Shown here one piece after another: positions 45,439 through 62,600 of a DNA stretch of 64,000 nt (the stretch's first letter is position 1; the number at the start of each line of letters is the position of its first letter). The position numbers were made by a program, and so were the translations under genes. Origin of the DNA: the human T2T-CHM13v2.0 reference genome, Homo sapiens. The DNA lies in assembly GCF_009914755.1 (NCBI RefSeq), contig NC_060926.1. One strand, 5' to 3'. The notes below the pieces were generated by a model. That model saw nothing but the letters and a program-made list of their open reading frames with translations, did no database searches and was not told the origin of the DNA.

Positions 45439-46356
45439 TTATGAGTTTTTTATTTTTCCTTTGGTTACCACCTAATTCCAAATAATAGATGAGTAGCTCT
45501 TAATTTATAGACACCCTTGTTTGGGAAATTTCAATTTAACTCACCCATGTATACTAATTTTACCTTTCTTTCTGTGTCTCCCTTGAACTTGTTGGTTAAA
45601 TTATTATTTTGGGTTTTATTGATGATTTTTATAACTTTAAATAATATACTGAAACCTCTACTTTTGGTTCTATCTGCTTTAGAGATCATCTCTTAATTCA
45701 TGATTATTTAGAAATAAATTTAAACCTCTATATTACTTGACATTTTTTCTCTCACTTCCCTGATTTGTAAATTGTGCATCAGCTTTAGGATTATTTGTAT
45801 ATTATCCAAATTTTGACACTGATATTAAGTAATGTAATTATATAAGTGTGTTGTCCATAGGCTTATTCAAAATACTAGAAATTAATAAATAGAAGTTATA
45901 TCATTATGATATATAAATATTATTTACAGCAGAACTAAATAGTGTGATTAGGTCTATGGAGAAAATAAATATAATTTTATGTTATTAAATTTGTGCTGCT
46001 TGTAAGAGAATGTGCCAGATGCCAATGCCAATGGGATTTTGTTTTTTTAGTATGCCATAAATTGCTTAAATTACTGCATATTTTAGTGTACTTTGCTTTT
46101 GATTCATGACTTTCTTGTTAACGGGGCTTATAATTGCATTTCTTAGTTTTCTTTTTGAGAAAAGAAGCTGTCCCATTTTTAGCAAAGTACTTGGATCTTT
46201 CAGCTTTTCCTTAGATCATAGTAGTTGTTGAATAAGATGTATTTGCTTTGAAGAAACTTTCCTCGGAACGCTGCAACTGCTGGTTCTAATTTAGTCAAGT
46301 TGGTATTTTTCTTTATCGCACTCTGTAGTAATTTCCTTGTTTCTTAGAGTCCATGA

Positions 46357-46692
<336 letters not shown>

Positions 46693-47080
46693 TAGATTAC
46701 ATTTTTATTTACAGAAGTACTACACCCTTTAATAATTTTTTTTCATAGTGTGATAGGTAAACTTTATGACCTTGCATATATATATTATGGCCTTGTTTGT
46801 ATATAATGAGAATATTTATTTTCACACTCCATAGCTTTTCTAGGTATAAAATTCTAGTTTCTGTATCATTTTCCTTCAGAACATCGAAGGCATTGCACCA
46901 CTGCCTTCTAGCATCCAGTATTGTTCTTGAGAAGACTGGTGCCAATTGGATTTGAAATTTTCTTTGGTAGGTGACCTGCTTTTCGTTTTTCTCTGACAGC
47001 TTCTAGGATATTATTTTTATCATTGCTGTTCTTAAATTCATGAGCATTCAATTAAGGCCTTTAAAAATTTTTAAAAAATT

Positions 47081-47437
<357 letters not shown>

Positions 47438-47675
47438 TCATTGACTATCTTCTCCTCTTCATGTTTTCTTTTCCTTTTTACCTGGAACTTCTATTAGATA
47501 GTTATTGATCTGCTGGTTTATCCTCTATGTTTCTTACTTCCTTTTAAAAAAAATCTCATATTTCTAATTCTTTGTTATTTTGCGGAACGTTTTAGAAGAG
47601 TTCCCTAATAAGTTCTTTTAACACATTGGATTTGTTTTAATTTAGACTATTATATTTTTAATTTCTAATGCTTAC

Positions 47676-47801
47676 TTTTTAAAAAATAGAGATAGAGTCT
47701 TGCAATGTTACCCAGGCTAATCTCGAATCTGGCTTCAAGTGATCCTCCACCTTGGCCTTCCAAGGTGCTGGGATTACAGGCATGAGCCACCACACCTGAC
47801 C
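47676..47801 (-). mobile_element. FLAM-like Alu monomer
   Basis: Left arm only; TSD ctaatgcttac/ctaatacttat. Confidence 0.85.
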
Positions 47802-47947
47802 CTAATACTTATTTTTAAAATCAACTTATTGTTCTTGTTTTGGTGGTAGCTTATTCTTGTTTTTTATATATATTGTCTTAAATTTCTCTGAGCATATTTT
47901 CATTATTAATCTTAAAATCTCCATTTCCTCTGAAGTCAGGTATTCAG

Positions 47948-48339
47948 ATGGTTGCTTCCTCCAAACCTCATGTTGAAATTTGAACCCTCGTGTGGGAGGG
48001 GGACCTAATGAAAGGTATTTGTGTCATGGCGTCAGATCCCTCTTGAATGGATTGATGGCCTTCCTCAGGGCTGATACTTACTCTATTAGACCCCGAGAGA
48101 GCTAGTTATTAAAAAGAGCCTGGAACCTCCCCCGCTATCTTTTTGCCTTCCTCTCTTGCCATGTGATCTCTCCACAGCTGGCTTCCCTTTGCTTTCCGCC
48201 ATGAGTGGAAGCAGCCTGAGGCCCTCATCAGATGCAGATGCCCAGTTTTGAACTTTCCAGCCATCAAAATTGTGAGCTCTTTTCCTTTATAAATTACCCA
48301 GCCTCAGGTATGCCTTCAGAGCAACACAAAACAGAGACA
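47948..48339 (+). mobile_element. MSTB/MSTC MaLR solo LTR
   Basis: cctccaaacctcatgttgaaattt...ccatgagtggaagcagcctgaggccctc...ataaattacccagcctcaggt. Confidence 0.88.
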
Positions 48340-50039
48340 TTTTCTTCTGAACTGCTGATTTCCTTAAACATATCCTTATCGTTTGTTGTCTTTTGGATTT
48401 GTGAATTAAGCACAAGGTGTGTTGTATGAATGGTTGGTATGCATTTCCTCTGCTGTGATGCAGGTCTGTTTCTCTAAGATGCTTTGTTCACTTCCAAATG
48501 AGATGGCTACTTGGAAGCTTTGGTATGTGGGTGGCTGGTCCATAGCAGGCTTTACTTTGGGGCTGTTGGGATGGGAGCAGATCTTGCTCCTTTCGAAATG
48601 CCAAAATAAGATAGCCTTATTTGCAATTCCAGCATCCACCCTTGAGGTCGTGGCTTGGCTCAGGTATGTTTCCATGTCTAGAAAGTACTCTAGTTTATGT
48701 AGGGAGTAAACTTTGCTGATGCCAGTGTCTCTGCCCACTTGGGATGTGGATTTAAAAACTATGCTTTTTGGCATAGTTGTATATAGAATGTGTTGGAATC
48801 ACTCTGGTTTCACTAAGAAATCCTTCTTTCCAGTTTTTCCTGGTCAATTCTGTATCCTTCCCTAGGGCCCTCTCAAGATGGATTGTGAGGTAGGATTTGA
48901 TGGACATTTTGGGGCACTGCCCTTCAGCAAGTTCTTCACAGGTAGTGTGGCTTCTCTCTTTACAAGGTGGGGAGCTTTATACCTTTGCTCTCAGCTGTAG
49001 TCAGAAAACAGAAGAACTGGAGACAATATGATTAGTTATCTTTTAACATCTCTGTGCACAGAAAAAGAGTACTGTGTGGTCTCTCCACAGCCTGGACTCT
49101 CCCTTTGGACCTGAGTCTCCCAAGATTAGAGACTAACTTTTTCATCTTTATTTCTGTCTGCCGATGATGCTGATGCCAAACTGAATATCAGCAAATGCAC
49201 CAGGAGGGAGGGTGCAAGAAGACTGGGTAATTTTGGAGTGGCTGAGGAAAGAAGGGACCAGAGGAGGAGAGAGAAGACTTGGGTGCAATGCTGAGCTGAA
49301 TGGAGAAGAACCTGGTGAGTTCTTCCTTAAGGCCCAGGTTGTGATGTTGTAATTCTGTAATTACCTCAGAGCTAAATCTGTTTTATTTGTCTAGAAATGA
49401 CATGACCAATGCAATAGACTTAACTTTGTAAAGTGTCAAGCCTTTGGGCAAAAGGAGAAATAAAAAAGACAAAGCCTGCTGGGTAAAGACAGAGAGAGTC
49501 CTGTTTGTTGATGGGCTTTGAAGTCCACTCTGAGTGCAGTTGGCTCCCCATCTCCAGCTGCCTTATGTGTTTATTCTTTAACTCTGAAAATGTGAAATTG
49601 TGTTCTCCCATCAGGAGAAACCTTCCTGACAGTTGCAAGTGCTCCACAGGAGTGTTTGGAGCGGGCCTGTGCAGGCCTGGTGATTAGGCCCTGTGTTGCT
49701 GACTGACAGACTCTCACTCCTGGGGGTCATCCTAGCTCCAGCAGCTCTGCAGGGAGAAGCTGAGCTGGACAGAATGGGAAAGGCTCTCTCTCTAGAGCCT
49801 GTATTAAAGAACGGGTCCTGCCATTTATGGAAGATGCCACTTTCTCTGTGGGGCTGAAATAATTGAGAAAATTAGTTCATGTTTTGATAGAGGAAATGGC
49901 ATATTTTTTCTGTTCTATTTTGGCACTCATAATTCTAGAATGTGGCTGGATGAGTTGGTTTCCCGATGTCCAAGGACATTCGTATTAAGAACTGAAAATA
50001 AAATAATAGAAACTAGCATTTTTGTTGCACCCACTATTA

Positions 50040-50370
50040 CAAGCTCTGTCATAGAGTGCTTTCAGCAAACTGTCTCATTCAATCTTGCCTCCTTCAGAAA
50101 AGGTTTTACTGTCTCCATTTCACATGCATGTAAGTGGAAAACTGGCATTTGAATGCAGATCTGTCTAGCTTCAGAATGCAACTTTTTCCTCCATTAAAAC
50201 CCTTGTTTATTAAAGTAAAGAGTACTTGACAAGCAGTAGGTAAAAGTCCCCATTTTGCTACTGATTAGATGATTTTAGGTGAATTAACCTCTTTGAGCTT
50301 CAGATTTCTCATCTGTAAAATAGAGATAATAACAGTACTAAGTTTGCAATCTGTTATGGGTGTTAAATGA
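50040..50370. mobile_element. Two MIR fragments (minus then plus)
   Basis: tctcattcaatct...ccatttcaca...aaactg; then cctctttgagcttcagatttctcatctgtaaaatagagataata. Confidence 0.65.
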
Positions 50371-50461
50371 CTCTGTATATCTATCTGTTATCTGTCTATC
50401 TCTTATCTATCTATCTATTGAAAAACAATAACAGTCTTATAGAACGCCCATTTCCATGTAA

Positions 50462-50681
50462 CAAGGTTTCTCAGCTTTAACACTATTGGCATTTTGGACT
50501 GGGTAATTTTTTGTTGCTAGCTTCTGGCTTATGCATTATAGTATATTTCACAGCATCCCTGACTTCTACCCACTAGATGCCAGTAGCAGCACCCTCCTCC
50601 CCACAATCATGACAACCAAAAATGCTCCAGACATTGCCGTATGTCTCCAGTAATTGCCCACCCCTCTGCTTAAGAACTACA
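50462..50681. mobile_element. MER20 hAT MITE
   Basis: gtttctcagc...cactattggcattttggactgg...cccactagatgccagtagca...gacaaccaaaaatg...ccagacattgcc. Confidence 0.9.
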
Positions 50682-50720
50682 GCCTCAGAGAGAACCCTTT
50701 CTGTCTTGGACACTATAGAG

Positions 50721-50935
50721 CAGCAATATGTAAACAGCAAATTTTTTACATAGTCAATAGCAAACAGTTTAGACTTTGTGGGCTACTTGTTCCCCGTTGA
50801 AACAACAAAACTCTGCCATTGTAAAGCATGAAAGAAGCTATAGACAATACATAAACAAATAAGCACTACCATGTTCCAGTAAAACTTCATTTACAAAAAC
50901 AAGCTGGCCCCCAGGCTGTAGTTTGCTGACTCCTG
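50721..50935. mobile_element. MER58A
   Basis: actttgtgggc...aactctgccattgta...ctatagacaat...tgttccagtaaaacttcatttacaaaaaca...gtagtttgctgactcctg. Confidence 0.85.
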
Positions 50936-51834
50936 CTTCAGAAAAAATGCAGAGTGAGCAAGTATGGAGTCCCCTCTTTAAATATGCCACACAGTCACTG
51001 TGTCCTACGGGCCTGGGACTGGCCTTGCATATAGGCAGAGAGGATTTTGTGAACACATAGACTGTGAGAAGGGCCCCTAAGACGCCCTGCGCCTCACAGG
51101 CTAGGTGTAGTGCCTCCCATATCACCAGGGAAGAATGATCTTGGGGGATGTGAAGCATGGCTTTGACCAGTCCTCTTCTAAAGAGCACATTCCTACAAGA
51201 AGGCTGGAAGATAAAGCTGTTATTAGTGAGCACTACCTATATGGGAACGAGTTTCTCTATTCAGAGGGATTCTTAATTCTCTGTAGTCACTGAACCTAGG
51301 ACAAGGAGATGAGACAGGAGAACAGACCTAAAAAGAAGGGACTCTATAAAAGTGTGCAGCAGGGTCCCTGAGCACAAACTTGGCTGACAACTGAAACCTG
51401 CTGATAAAGAACATCTCCAGTTTAAACAGAAGAGGAAGTGGCACAAAAGTCAACTCTATTATTTGGCAAGGGTGTAATTAGGCTTACAAATGGACCTTTA
51501 TTAATAAGGAGCACTAAAATTCTTCTCTAAATAGTACCCTGCAACCATCGTGTCAGCAGCCTGCAGGCTAAAGCATGTCCCTTATTATCATGATGCCGTA
51601 TGCATCTGTCTCAATGGAATACCAAAAATAGTCTACCACAAACACATTCTCACAGTGCCACAGTGAGAGTCCTTGCCAAGTGCAAACAAGATGGTGGGGA
51701 TGGAAAGGAAAGGGACTGAAATAGACTTGTCTGAGATTCACTGCTTTCTTTCATTGAGCTCATATCCACCACCTGTTAAACAAGGAAACATTTAAAAACA
51801 TCTCCAACGTGATGGTATGCTTTCTTTTTGGTGT

Positions 51835-52790
51835 TACTATCCTTGCTTCTCTTGTAGAAGGAGAGGCCAATGAGATGTAAACAGCAGCCACGGGAAGCTT
51901 CAAGAAAAGTTCTTCCAAGGACTGACTTAGTTGTTAGATCCCTTTTGCTTGTCTGCTCTATCCATTTGTTTCTGCCTGAAACTTGGTTGTAATGGCTGGA
52001 GTTTTTGCAGCCACACTGTGATCAGGGGTCTGGGTTGCTAATGACATTTATAAAGCTGCAATCAAGATCTGGATAGCACATCCTTGGACCTATCATTTAA
52101 GAGTGAAAAGCAAACCTATCTTCTTTAAGAAACTATTTTGGGAGTCTATTATGTTAACTGAGGTATCTTAAAGATGACTACAAATTATTTTCCACTTTTG
52201 CCATAGAGAGGTAGAATTTGTTTCCTTTCCCTTTAAATCTGGGCTAGTCTTCTGGCCTGTTTGGACCGAAATAATGTGGTAACAGTTCTACAGTGCATCT
52301 TCTGGATCTGGGCTTTAAGGGGTCTGCAGTTTCCATCTTTGCCACTGAGAGCATCTCTTCTTGGAACCCAACTGCCATGCTGTGAGAAGTCCAAACCACG
52401 TGGTGAGATCACACAGAGAAAAACTGAGACACTCCAATCCAAGATTCAACTATACTCTCAGCTGATAGGCAGCACTGACTTCTAGCCAAATAATTAAGCC
52501 TTCTAGAATGTTCCAACCCTGTCAATCCTCCAGATAACTGCAACTCTTGCCAATACCATATCAAACCAAAGAATCACATAGCTGAGCCCAGACTTCCAGA
52601 TGATACCACCCAAAGCATCAGATGAGTGAGTCCTCACAGAAGTCCTAACCCATCAAGTCTCCAGATGACTGCAGCCCCAGCTAATACTAGTTAGAAGAGA
52701 AAAACCACCCAGCTAAGCCCAGTCAACCCACAGATTCATGAAAGGTAATAAATAGTGGTGGTTGTTTTAAGGCACACCAATATGATGACT
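51835..52790 (+). mobile_element. Two adjacent MLT1 LTR remnants (J/K-like, then G/H-like)
   Basis: ggccaatgagatgtaa...tggctggag...gcagcca; then ctgccatgctgtgagaagtcca...cccagctaagcccagtcaacccacaga. Confidence 0.7.
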
Positions 52791-53199
52791 GAAAATAAGA
52801 ACCATGCAGGGATAGAATGAAGAAGGAAAGATGGAAAAGGCAATCTCATTAGAATAATTCTACCCATTGGCCTCGAGGACATTGCCTGAAATTTATTCCC
52901 CAATTCTGGGCTCTGTTTAGCCACAGTCACTCTTAAAAACTTCAGCTCTCAAGCATACATTCATAGGAATATGGGGATCTAATTCTCAGCTTAACTGAAT
53001 GTTTCAAAAGCCCCTGAACTGAGAAACAAACATAAAAACAGGCCAAGTGGTAAATCTTTGGTTATCTGAGAAAACCAAAATTGAAACTATCCCATAATCT
53101 GTCAGCATGAGCCTGGGTCCATAAGACACCACCCTCCTAGAAGATAATTCCTGTTGAAGATGAACTGATGAGTGAGAATTACAAAGTGCACAGGGAAAG

Positions 53200-53720
53200 T
53201 CGATGTATGACTTCTTGTACATTTGGTGAATGAAATAAAAGAACATAGCCCAAACTAATAGGCAATAGAGAAAGAAGAAAGGGCCTTTGAAATTAATATA
53301 TTTAAAATATTCGAAAAGATAAAGAAAGGATGAAATCAGTAACATTAATAATGGGATTTCATGAAAAAAATAGGCATAGTTGAACAAAAAACTAAATAGA
53401 AATTCTAGAAATAAAAAGTAATTTAAATTAAAAAGTCTCAATGGATAAAGAATAGACTATATATGTATGTATACATATATATGTTTACTCTCTCTCTCTC
53501 TCTCTCTCAATGAATGTCAAGCCAGATCCAAGAAATTACTTAAGATACAACACAAAGAACTAAAATGATGCAAAGTAGAAAAGAGAAGTTAAAATATGTA
53601 ATAAGAATTCTAGGAACATAAAACAAAGTGATTGCAGTGAGTTGTGTAATTTTTCCAGAAATAAGGAAATACTTGAGTCCCTGAGTTGAAAAATTATTCT
53701 GAGTCTCAAATGGCATTTCC
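53200..53720 (+). mobile_element. Old L1ME ORF1-region fragment containing a (TA)n(CT)n microsatellite
   Basis: aaatagaaattctagaaataaaaa...aaattaaaaagtctcaatggat. Confidence 0.55.
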
Positions 53721-53934
53721 TGCACAATTGAGTTGTTGACTAAAGTGATATATGTGTATACATATATCGTTTTTCTTTGTGTAACATATTGGCTTCATTA
53801 TAAAATAATTCACTTTCATATCATACCTTTTATAATTTCCTCTGATGATGGGACTGGATCTTTGTTTTATCTTTCTGCTTCATTTCTCTGGCCCCTTTCC
53901 CCACATTCATGAGCTCTTTCTCACTGTGTCCCTC

Positions 53935-54180
53935 TTATTAGGAATGCCCAATCCCATTTCCAATGCCTAGCCAAGCTCTGTCACCTTCTAGAAGCCTCGC
54001 CTGACCACCCCAGGGCAATGTCTCTATTTTCTCTAAAATTTTACAGCACTGAAATCTGTTCACTTATTTGGCTTATAGTCAAATGACTTTTCAATTAGCT
54101 CTGCAAGCTCTTTAAGGTTGGTGGCAATAGTTTGCATTTCTGTGACTTAGTTCTCAATAAATGGTGCTTTGTTAATTGAT
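53935..54180 (+). mobile_element. L2
   Basis: tgtcaccttctagaagcctcgcctgaccaccc...ctgcaagctctttaagg...ctcaataaatg. Confidence 0.6.
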
Positions 54181-55849
54181 GGCCAAAATTCCAAAGATTT
54201 GTGAGACTAATTTTTGGGAGGATTGAAGAGATAGCAATGGGAAGGTTTGCTAAAAGCTTGACATAATTACCTGATGTTATTCCTGCTGCACCTGTACAAA
54301 AATAACAAATACTACGGCTATTACTACTACATCACCACGGCCACTTTTACTACTGCCATTATTAGTATTGCTATGACCACCAAGGTGTAACAAAGCCCTC
54401 AAAGTAAAACACTGGAGCAGAATTTTTCAATGAGCCTGTGGAGCAAGAAGACTCTAAAGTGATGGTGGGAAAATTAGGTAGAGGAAAGAATTTCTGAAAA
54501 GGCAGGAGAAAAGTGAAAGGCATACAGTTGGAGGGGAAAGAAGATTGAAATAGGAAAAGAAAGTTGGACTGGAATTCACTTCTTGATTGGGTAGAATTCT
54601 AGGAATAACAAACAAATTAAACAGGACAATGGACCACAAAGATGGTGTAATGTAATTTATCTCCATGAGAGGAAAAGTCATATAAGCCTATCAGTTTTAT
54701 AAAACATGCAGAGGCTGCTTGCCCAAGAGAAAGCCTCATGACTAGTTCAGAGAAGCCAGGTTGTCAACTCCACAAAACTACCTCCCTGGAGATGTAGCAT
54801 CATTTTTTTTCAGTTACTCAGATTCGCTGGAACAATGAGAAACTGCTTCAGGGGTCATGGAGGCCAAAAGTTCTCTTAGGATACAGCCTCACATCAAAAC
54901 AGCTTGGATGGGAGCTAGCGCTTCACAGATTTGGCAGCTTGGGCTCAGCCAAGAACTGAGGGTTTTGACTTTTTTCCCCAGAGTGATAAATCTAAAGAAA
55001 CATCTGGATCACTATCACCAAAACCACCAGCAAGTTTGTCATAATCATTGAACTTTAATCACTGACTAACTGGGTTAGTTTCCATAGCCTTTAATTTTTA
55101 CTATTTTGGAAGGAAAAATACCGTTAATCCCAAATTTCTCTCATTTCCTTGACTAAGCTCCTCTCATTTTGTCCCTCCAAACTCAAATCATTCTTTTCTT
55201 GGTTAGTTTATTAACTGAGTTTTCTATATTATGTGTTACAGCTCTTGATTCAAAATGTCCTGCTGAACACATCAATCTATCTTGTTGCTGACTTTCAACT
55301 TCCTGCTCAATCAATCACAAAACACCTTAATCCTTCTTGTCTTGAATTACATTTGATACCAGTCCAACCTTATCTTTAATAAGCTCACCTAGGTAATTTG
55401 CATATAACAAACAAATTAGATCTTCCAATGATTATTTATAGGGTGCCAAAGCCATAAATCAACTGAGAAATAATCTGCTATAAGAGGCCTTCTGGCTAAG
55501 TGGGGAACAGAAGTTAACAAATTAAATTCCTTCTTTCAAATTCAACCTTTTCATTACACCTACACAATTCCATCTTTCATCTACAATTAACCATTAGGTT
55601 CAGGTCAAAAATGAAACTCATGCTACTATTTTGGATATTTTGGTATCAATTATTTGATTCTTTTCAGTGCTTGATCACAAATTTGTGATATTTCTCTATT
55701 CTGCACTGATGATCTACTGTACATATACATGTGGAATGATACAAGGCAGAGACATAGGATTCCTGGATTTTCCTGCAGGCTCTGTCATACAATATCTGAG
55801 TTTTGGGGTAATATGCCACCATCCTCCCACTTTCCCCACTCTAAATTGA

Positions 55850-55995
55850 GGAGGGGTTTATGTATAGGCTTCAAGTGATCTGGGAACACTTGAAGTGTCA
55901 TGCAGCATTTTTAATGTGTTTGTGCGTTTTTTTTTTCTTTTAGAGAGAGGCCCATAGCTTTAATCAGAATTTATCTCTAACATCAAAAGGTAAAG
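55850..55995. mobile_element. MER103-like hAT fragment
   Basis: taggcttcaag...gagagaggcccatagctttaatcagaatt. Confidence 0.5.
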
Positions 55996-56189
55996 AAAGT
56001 ACACATTAAAGTATATCTCTCTTCTATTTCAGCCCTTACATAATATAATTTGATTATTATTTTATGTTCTCAAGGGAGAATTCTATTTTTCAAGAAGTCA
56101 GAGTTTTATGCACTCTAACTGAAGGCACCTGCGAATCAGGGATGTTGTGAGGAAGGGTAGACTTTTTGGTAAACTATCGTGAGATCGTT

Positions 56190-56570
56190 TCATATGAAAA
56201 AATTAAATTCCCATCTCACACCATACACAAAAATAAATCCCAGATATATATATAAAAAAAATGAAAAGCCACAATTTAAAAATTAGAAGATGTGGGAAAA
56301 TATCCAGCAGTAAAGTATTTCAAAAATAAAACAAAAATTATACATCATAGAGGGAAACATGGATACTTTTTTATTACCATATAGATTCAAACTGCTATAT
56401 GGTCAAAGACTTCTAAACAAATTTTTAAAACATACTACCAACAAGAACAAGGTATTTTAAACACTTATAACTCACAAAGTATCAATATCTTGAATATATG
56501 AAAGTTTTTATATATGAATAAGAAAAATACAAAAAATAGAAAATAAGGAAAAGATATAAACAGTCAACAC
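56190..56570 (+). mobile_element. Old L1M ORF2 fragment
   Basis: cccatctcacaccatacacaaaaataaatcccagat. Confidence 0.7.
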
Positions 56571-56829
56571 AATGTAAAGTCACTATGAATGGCCACTGCC
56601 ATTCACATCCCTTTCAGTTCTGACATGCCTTGTCATTTCTATAGCTGTTACTAATTGTGTCATTTACTTTAAAATGTATTATGTGCCATTTATCATGGTT
56701 ATCTATTTCATTTGGGGAACTTTTCTTGTTACATCCCCTGAGAACAAGCACTGCATTTAGATCTTTAAAATATATCCATCAGACAGCCCCTAGCTCACCA
56801 ATGGATACCCTGAAGAGACTCCATGAATA

Positions 56830-57990
<1,161 letters not shown>

Positions 57991-58089
57991 CTTATAAAAT
58001 AAACAACAATAAGAGATAAAAATTGTGTCATCATTGTGTATAAATAAACTTATATCCTATATTTGATGTAATAGACATGATTATTTTTA

Positions 58090-58834
<745 letters not shown>

Positions 58835-59850
58835 GGGGTTTGTCCTAAAGGGATGTGTTGTCATCACAAAAATCTCAAACCTGTGGTACTGGCTTTGGGA
58901 CAGAATGTCAGGAGGGGGCCATGAAGGCAGCAAGGAGATGGTGGAAAAACAGCAAAAGAAGGCAGTTTATAAATGCTAGAAAAAATGGTGAACATTTAGT
59001 GCAGGGATTGAACAGTGGAGAAAAGAGCAGACAGTGTTATCTAGTGTCAGAGTAATTAGCAAGACTGCCATCTGGGGTAACTTGGAAAAAGAAAAATTAC
59101 CTAGTAAACTTGTGGATCTGGCTAAAAATACTTCCAAGCAAACTGCTAAAAATATTATCAAGCTTCTTTTAAAAGCATATAATGAAGTGTTGCAAGAGAA
59201 AATTGAACGAAAACTGAACTGTTTGGTTTTTAAGCAGAATTTAGAAGAAATATAGAAAATTCAGGTCAGTTTTTCCAGATGGCAGAAAAAAAAATCCTAA
59301 GAATAAATAATCTCATGGAAAATAACAAATATACAGTATTGTCAGTAAAAGTAGCCTCAGGGTTAAAATGAAATAAGAGTGTGGCTGAAAGACTCATTGT
59401 TTAGACCTCAGAAAGATTTAAAGTGGTACTTGGTGGACCATTCAGCTAAACAAAAAAAGCTTTTAAGAATCTTAAGGTAAATTCTCTCAGCAGAAACATA
59501 AGTCTCATAATGAATTTGGAAGTGGCTTTGAGGCATGGGATAAACTCAGTCAGATTCATAGAAAATCCACAGAGTCTTTAAGAGGATCATATTAGTAAAA
59601 ATATCACCAGCACGGGCTAAAGGGGACAGTGAAATTTGTAATAAAAAGAAGCAGGCTAAAAGAACTATTCTGCTATAAATATGGGCCATTTCTTATAAGG
59701 ATGCAGCTAAGCCCAGAGTAATTAGGGAATTGATCACAGGGAACAGAACTGGTACTAATCAAAGGATATGCCCTGCTTTGAGTTGGGGAACTGACATATG
59801 CCCAGTGGATTTCAAAATTATTAGGCAGAAACTGCTATGTACCCTTCATA
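58835..59850 (+). mobile_element. MLT1 internal sequence
   Basis: Directly follows the LTR; tgtggtactggctttgggac...gtggatctggctaaa...ttccaagcaa typical of MLT1-int. Confidence 0.6.
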
Positions 59851-62273
59851 TATATAATTGTGGTAAAATGCATATAAAATTTACCATTTAGCAATTTTTA
59901 ACTGTACAATTCAGTGGCATTAAGTATGTTCACACTGTTGTGCAACCATCATCACTATCCATCTCCAGAGCTTTCTTACCCCAAATTGAAACTCTGCACC
60001 CACCAAATGATAACTCTCCATGTCCCCTTTCCCCCAACCCCTTATAACCATGATTCTACTTTCTGTCTCTATGAACTTGACTGTTCTAGGTACCTCATAT
60101 AACTGGAATCATACTATATTTGTCCTTTTGTGTCAGGCTTATTTCACTTAGTGTGATGTTGTGAATGTCCATTCATCTTGCTATATGTAACAGAATTTAT
60201 TCTTTTTTAATGCTGGATATTATTCCATTGTATGTACATACTATGTTTTGTTTATTCTTTGGTCTATTATTGGGCATTTTGGTTATTTCCACTTCTGGAT
60301 GTTGAATAATGTTTTTATAAACATTGGTGTACATCTATTTGAGTTCTTGCTTTACAATTATTTTGGTTATCTATCTAGAAGTGGAATTGGTGAATTGTAT
60401 GTTAATTTCATGTTTAATTTGTTGAGAAACTGCCATACTATTTTCCACAGCAGCCACAAAATTTTACTTCCCCACCACCAATGCACAAGGGTTTCAATTT
60501 CTCTACTTTCTCACCAACACTTGATTTCTGTGTCTGTTTTTGTTTTAATAATAGCCATCCTAATGAAGTAGTATCTCATTGTGCTTTTGGTTGACATTTC
60601 CCTAATGATGAGTGATGTTGAAGATCTTTTTATGTGCTTAATGGTTATTTGTATATCTTCTTTGGAAAACTGTCTATTCATGTCCTTTGCCAATATTTAA
60701 TTGGGTAAGTTGTTGTTTTTGTTGTTGTTGAATTGTAATAGTTCTTTATATATTTTGGATATTAATCTCTGATTAGATATATAATTTTAAAATGTGTTTT
60801 TCTAGCTCTGTGAGTTCTCTTTCACTCTGTGGATAGTGAATTTTAATGTGTCAAATTTATCTCTTTTTTCTTTTATTGCCTATGCTTTTGGTGTCATGTC
60901 CAAAAAATTATTGTCAAATGCAAAGCTATGAATTTTTTCCCCTACATTTTCTTCTAAGTGTTTTATAGTTTTGACTCTTACATTTCTGTCTTTGATCCAT
61001 TTTGAGTTAATTTTTGTATGTGGTATAAAGTAAGGCTGCAACTTTATTGTTTTTCATGTGGATATCCAGTTTTCTCAACATTATTTCTTAAAAAAAAAAA
61101 CAAAAAATAAAAAAAACCTGTCTTTCCCCATTGGATGGTAATGGCACCCTTGTCAAAAATCATTTGAGTATATATGGAAGAATTTATTTCTTGTTTTTCT
61201 ATTCTATCCTATTAGTTTATATGTCTGTCTTTCTGCCAGTACCACACTGTTTTGATTACTGTAACTTTGTACTAAGTTTTGAAATTAGAAAGTGTAAGTC
61301 CTCCAACTTTGTTCTTTTTCAAGATTGCGCCAACTATTCAGGGTCCATTGGGATCCATGTAGATTTTAGAATTTAAAAAAAAAATCATATATAACACACG
61401 GTGATTTTTGACAGAGACAACATTAAATCTGTAGATCACTTTGGTATTATTTTTCTCTTGACAATATTAAGTCTTTCATTGTAAAACATAGGAGGCTTTT
61501 CCATTTAGTTAGGTCTTCTTTAATTTCTTTCAGACATTCTTTTTTCAGTTTTCAGTGTACAGGTCTTTCATCTCCTTAGTAAAGTTCATACCTAAGTATT
61601 TTATTCTTTTTGATGCTACTGTAAATGGAATTGGTTTCCAAATTTCCTCTTTTGCATTATTTTATATTAGTGTACACAACTGATTTTGTGTATTAATTTT
61701 GTATCCTGCAACTTTGATGAATTTATTCATTCTGAGAAATTTTTGTGTGGACCGTTTGAGTTTCCTACATATAAGATCGTGTCATCTGCAAAAAGAGATA
61801 ATTTTAATTTTTCCTTTCTAATTTGGGTGTCTTTTATTTATTTTTCTTGCCTACTTGCTCTGACTATAATTTCCAATATGATATTGAATAAAAGTGGTGT
61901 GGGCATCCTTATTGTGTTCCTAATCTTCTGGGAAAAGCTTTCAGCCTTTCACCATTGAGTATGATATTTGCTATGTACTTTTCATATATAGCCTTTGTTA
62001 GGTTAAGGTAGTTTTCTCCTAGTTTGTGCAGTGTTTTTATTCTGAGAGGGTGTTGAATTTTGTAAAATACTTTTTTGCATCAATTGAGAAGATCATGTAT
62101 TTTTTTCTTCATTCTGCTAATGTGGTGTATTGTATTGATTGATATTTATATGTTGAACCATGCCTGCAATCTAGGAATAAATCCCACTTAGTCATGGTAC
62201 ATAGCACTTTTACTATGCTGCTGAACTCAATTCTTTGTTTGACTTTGGTATCAGGGTAAGGCTGGCCTCATGA

Positions 62274-62600
<327 letters not shown>

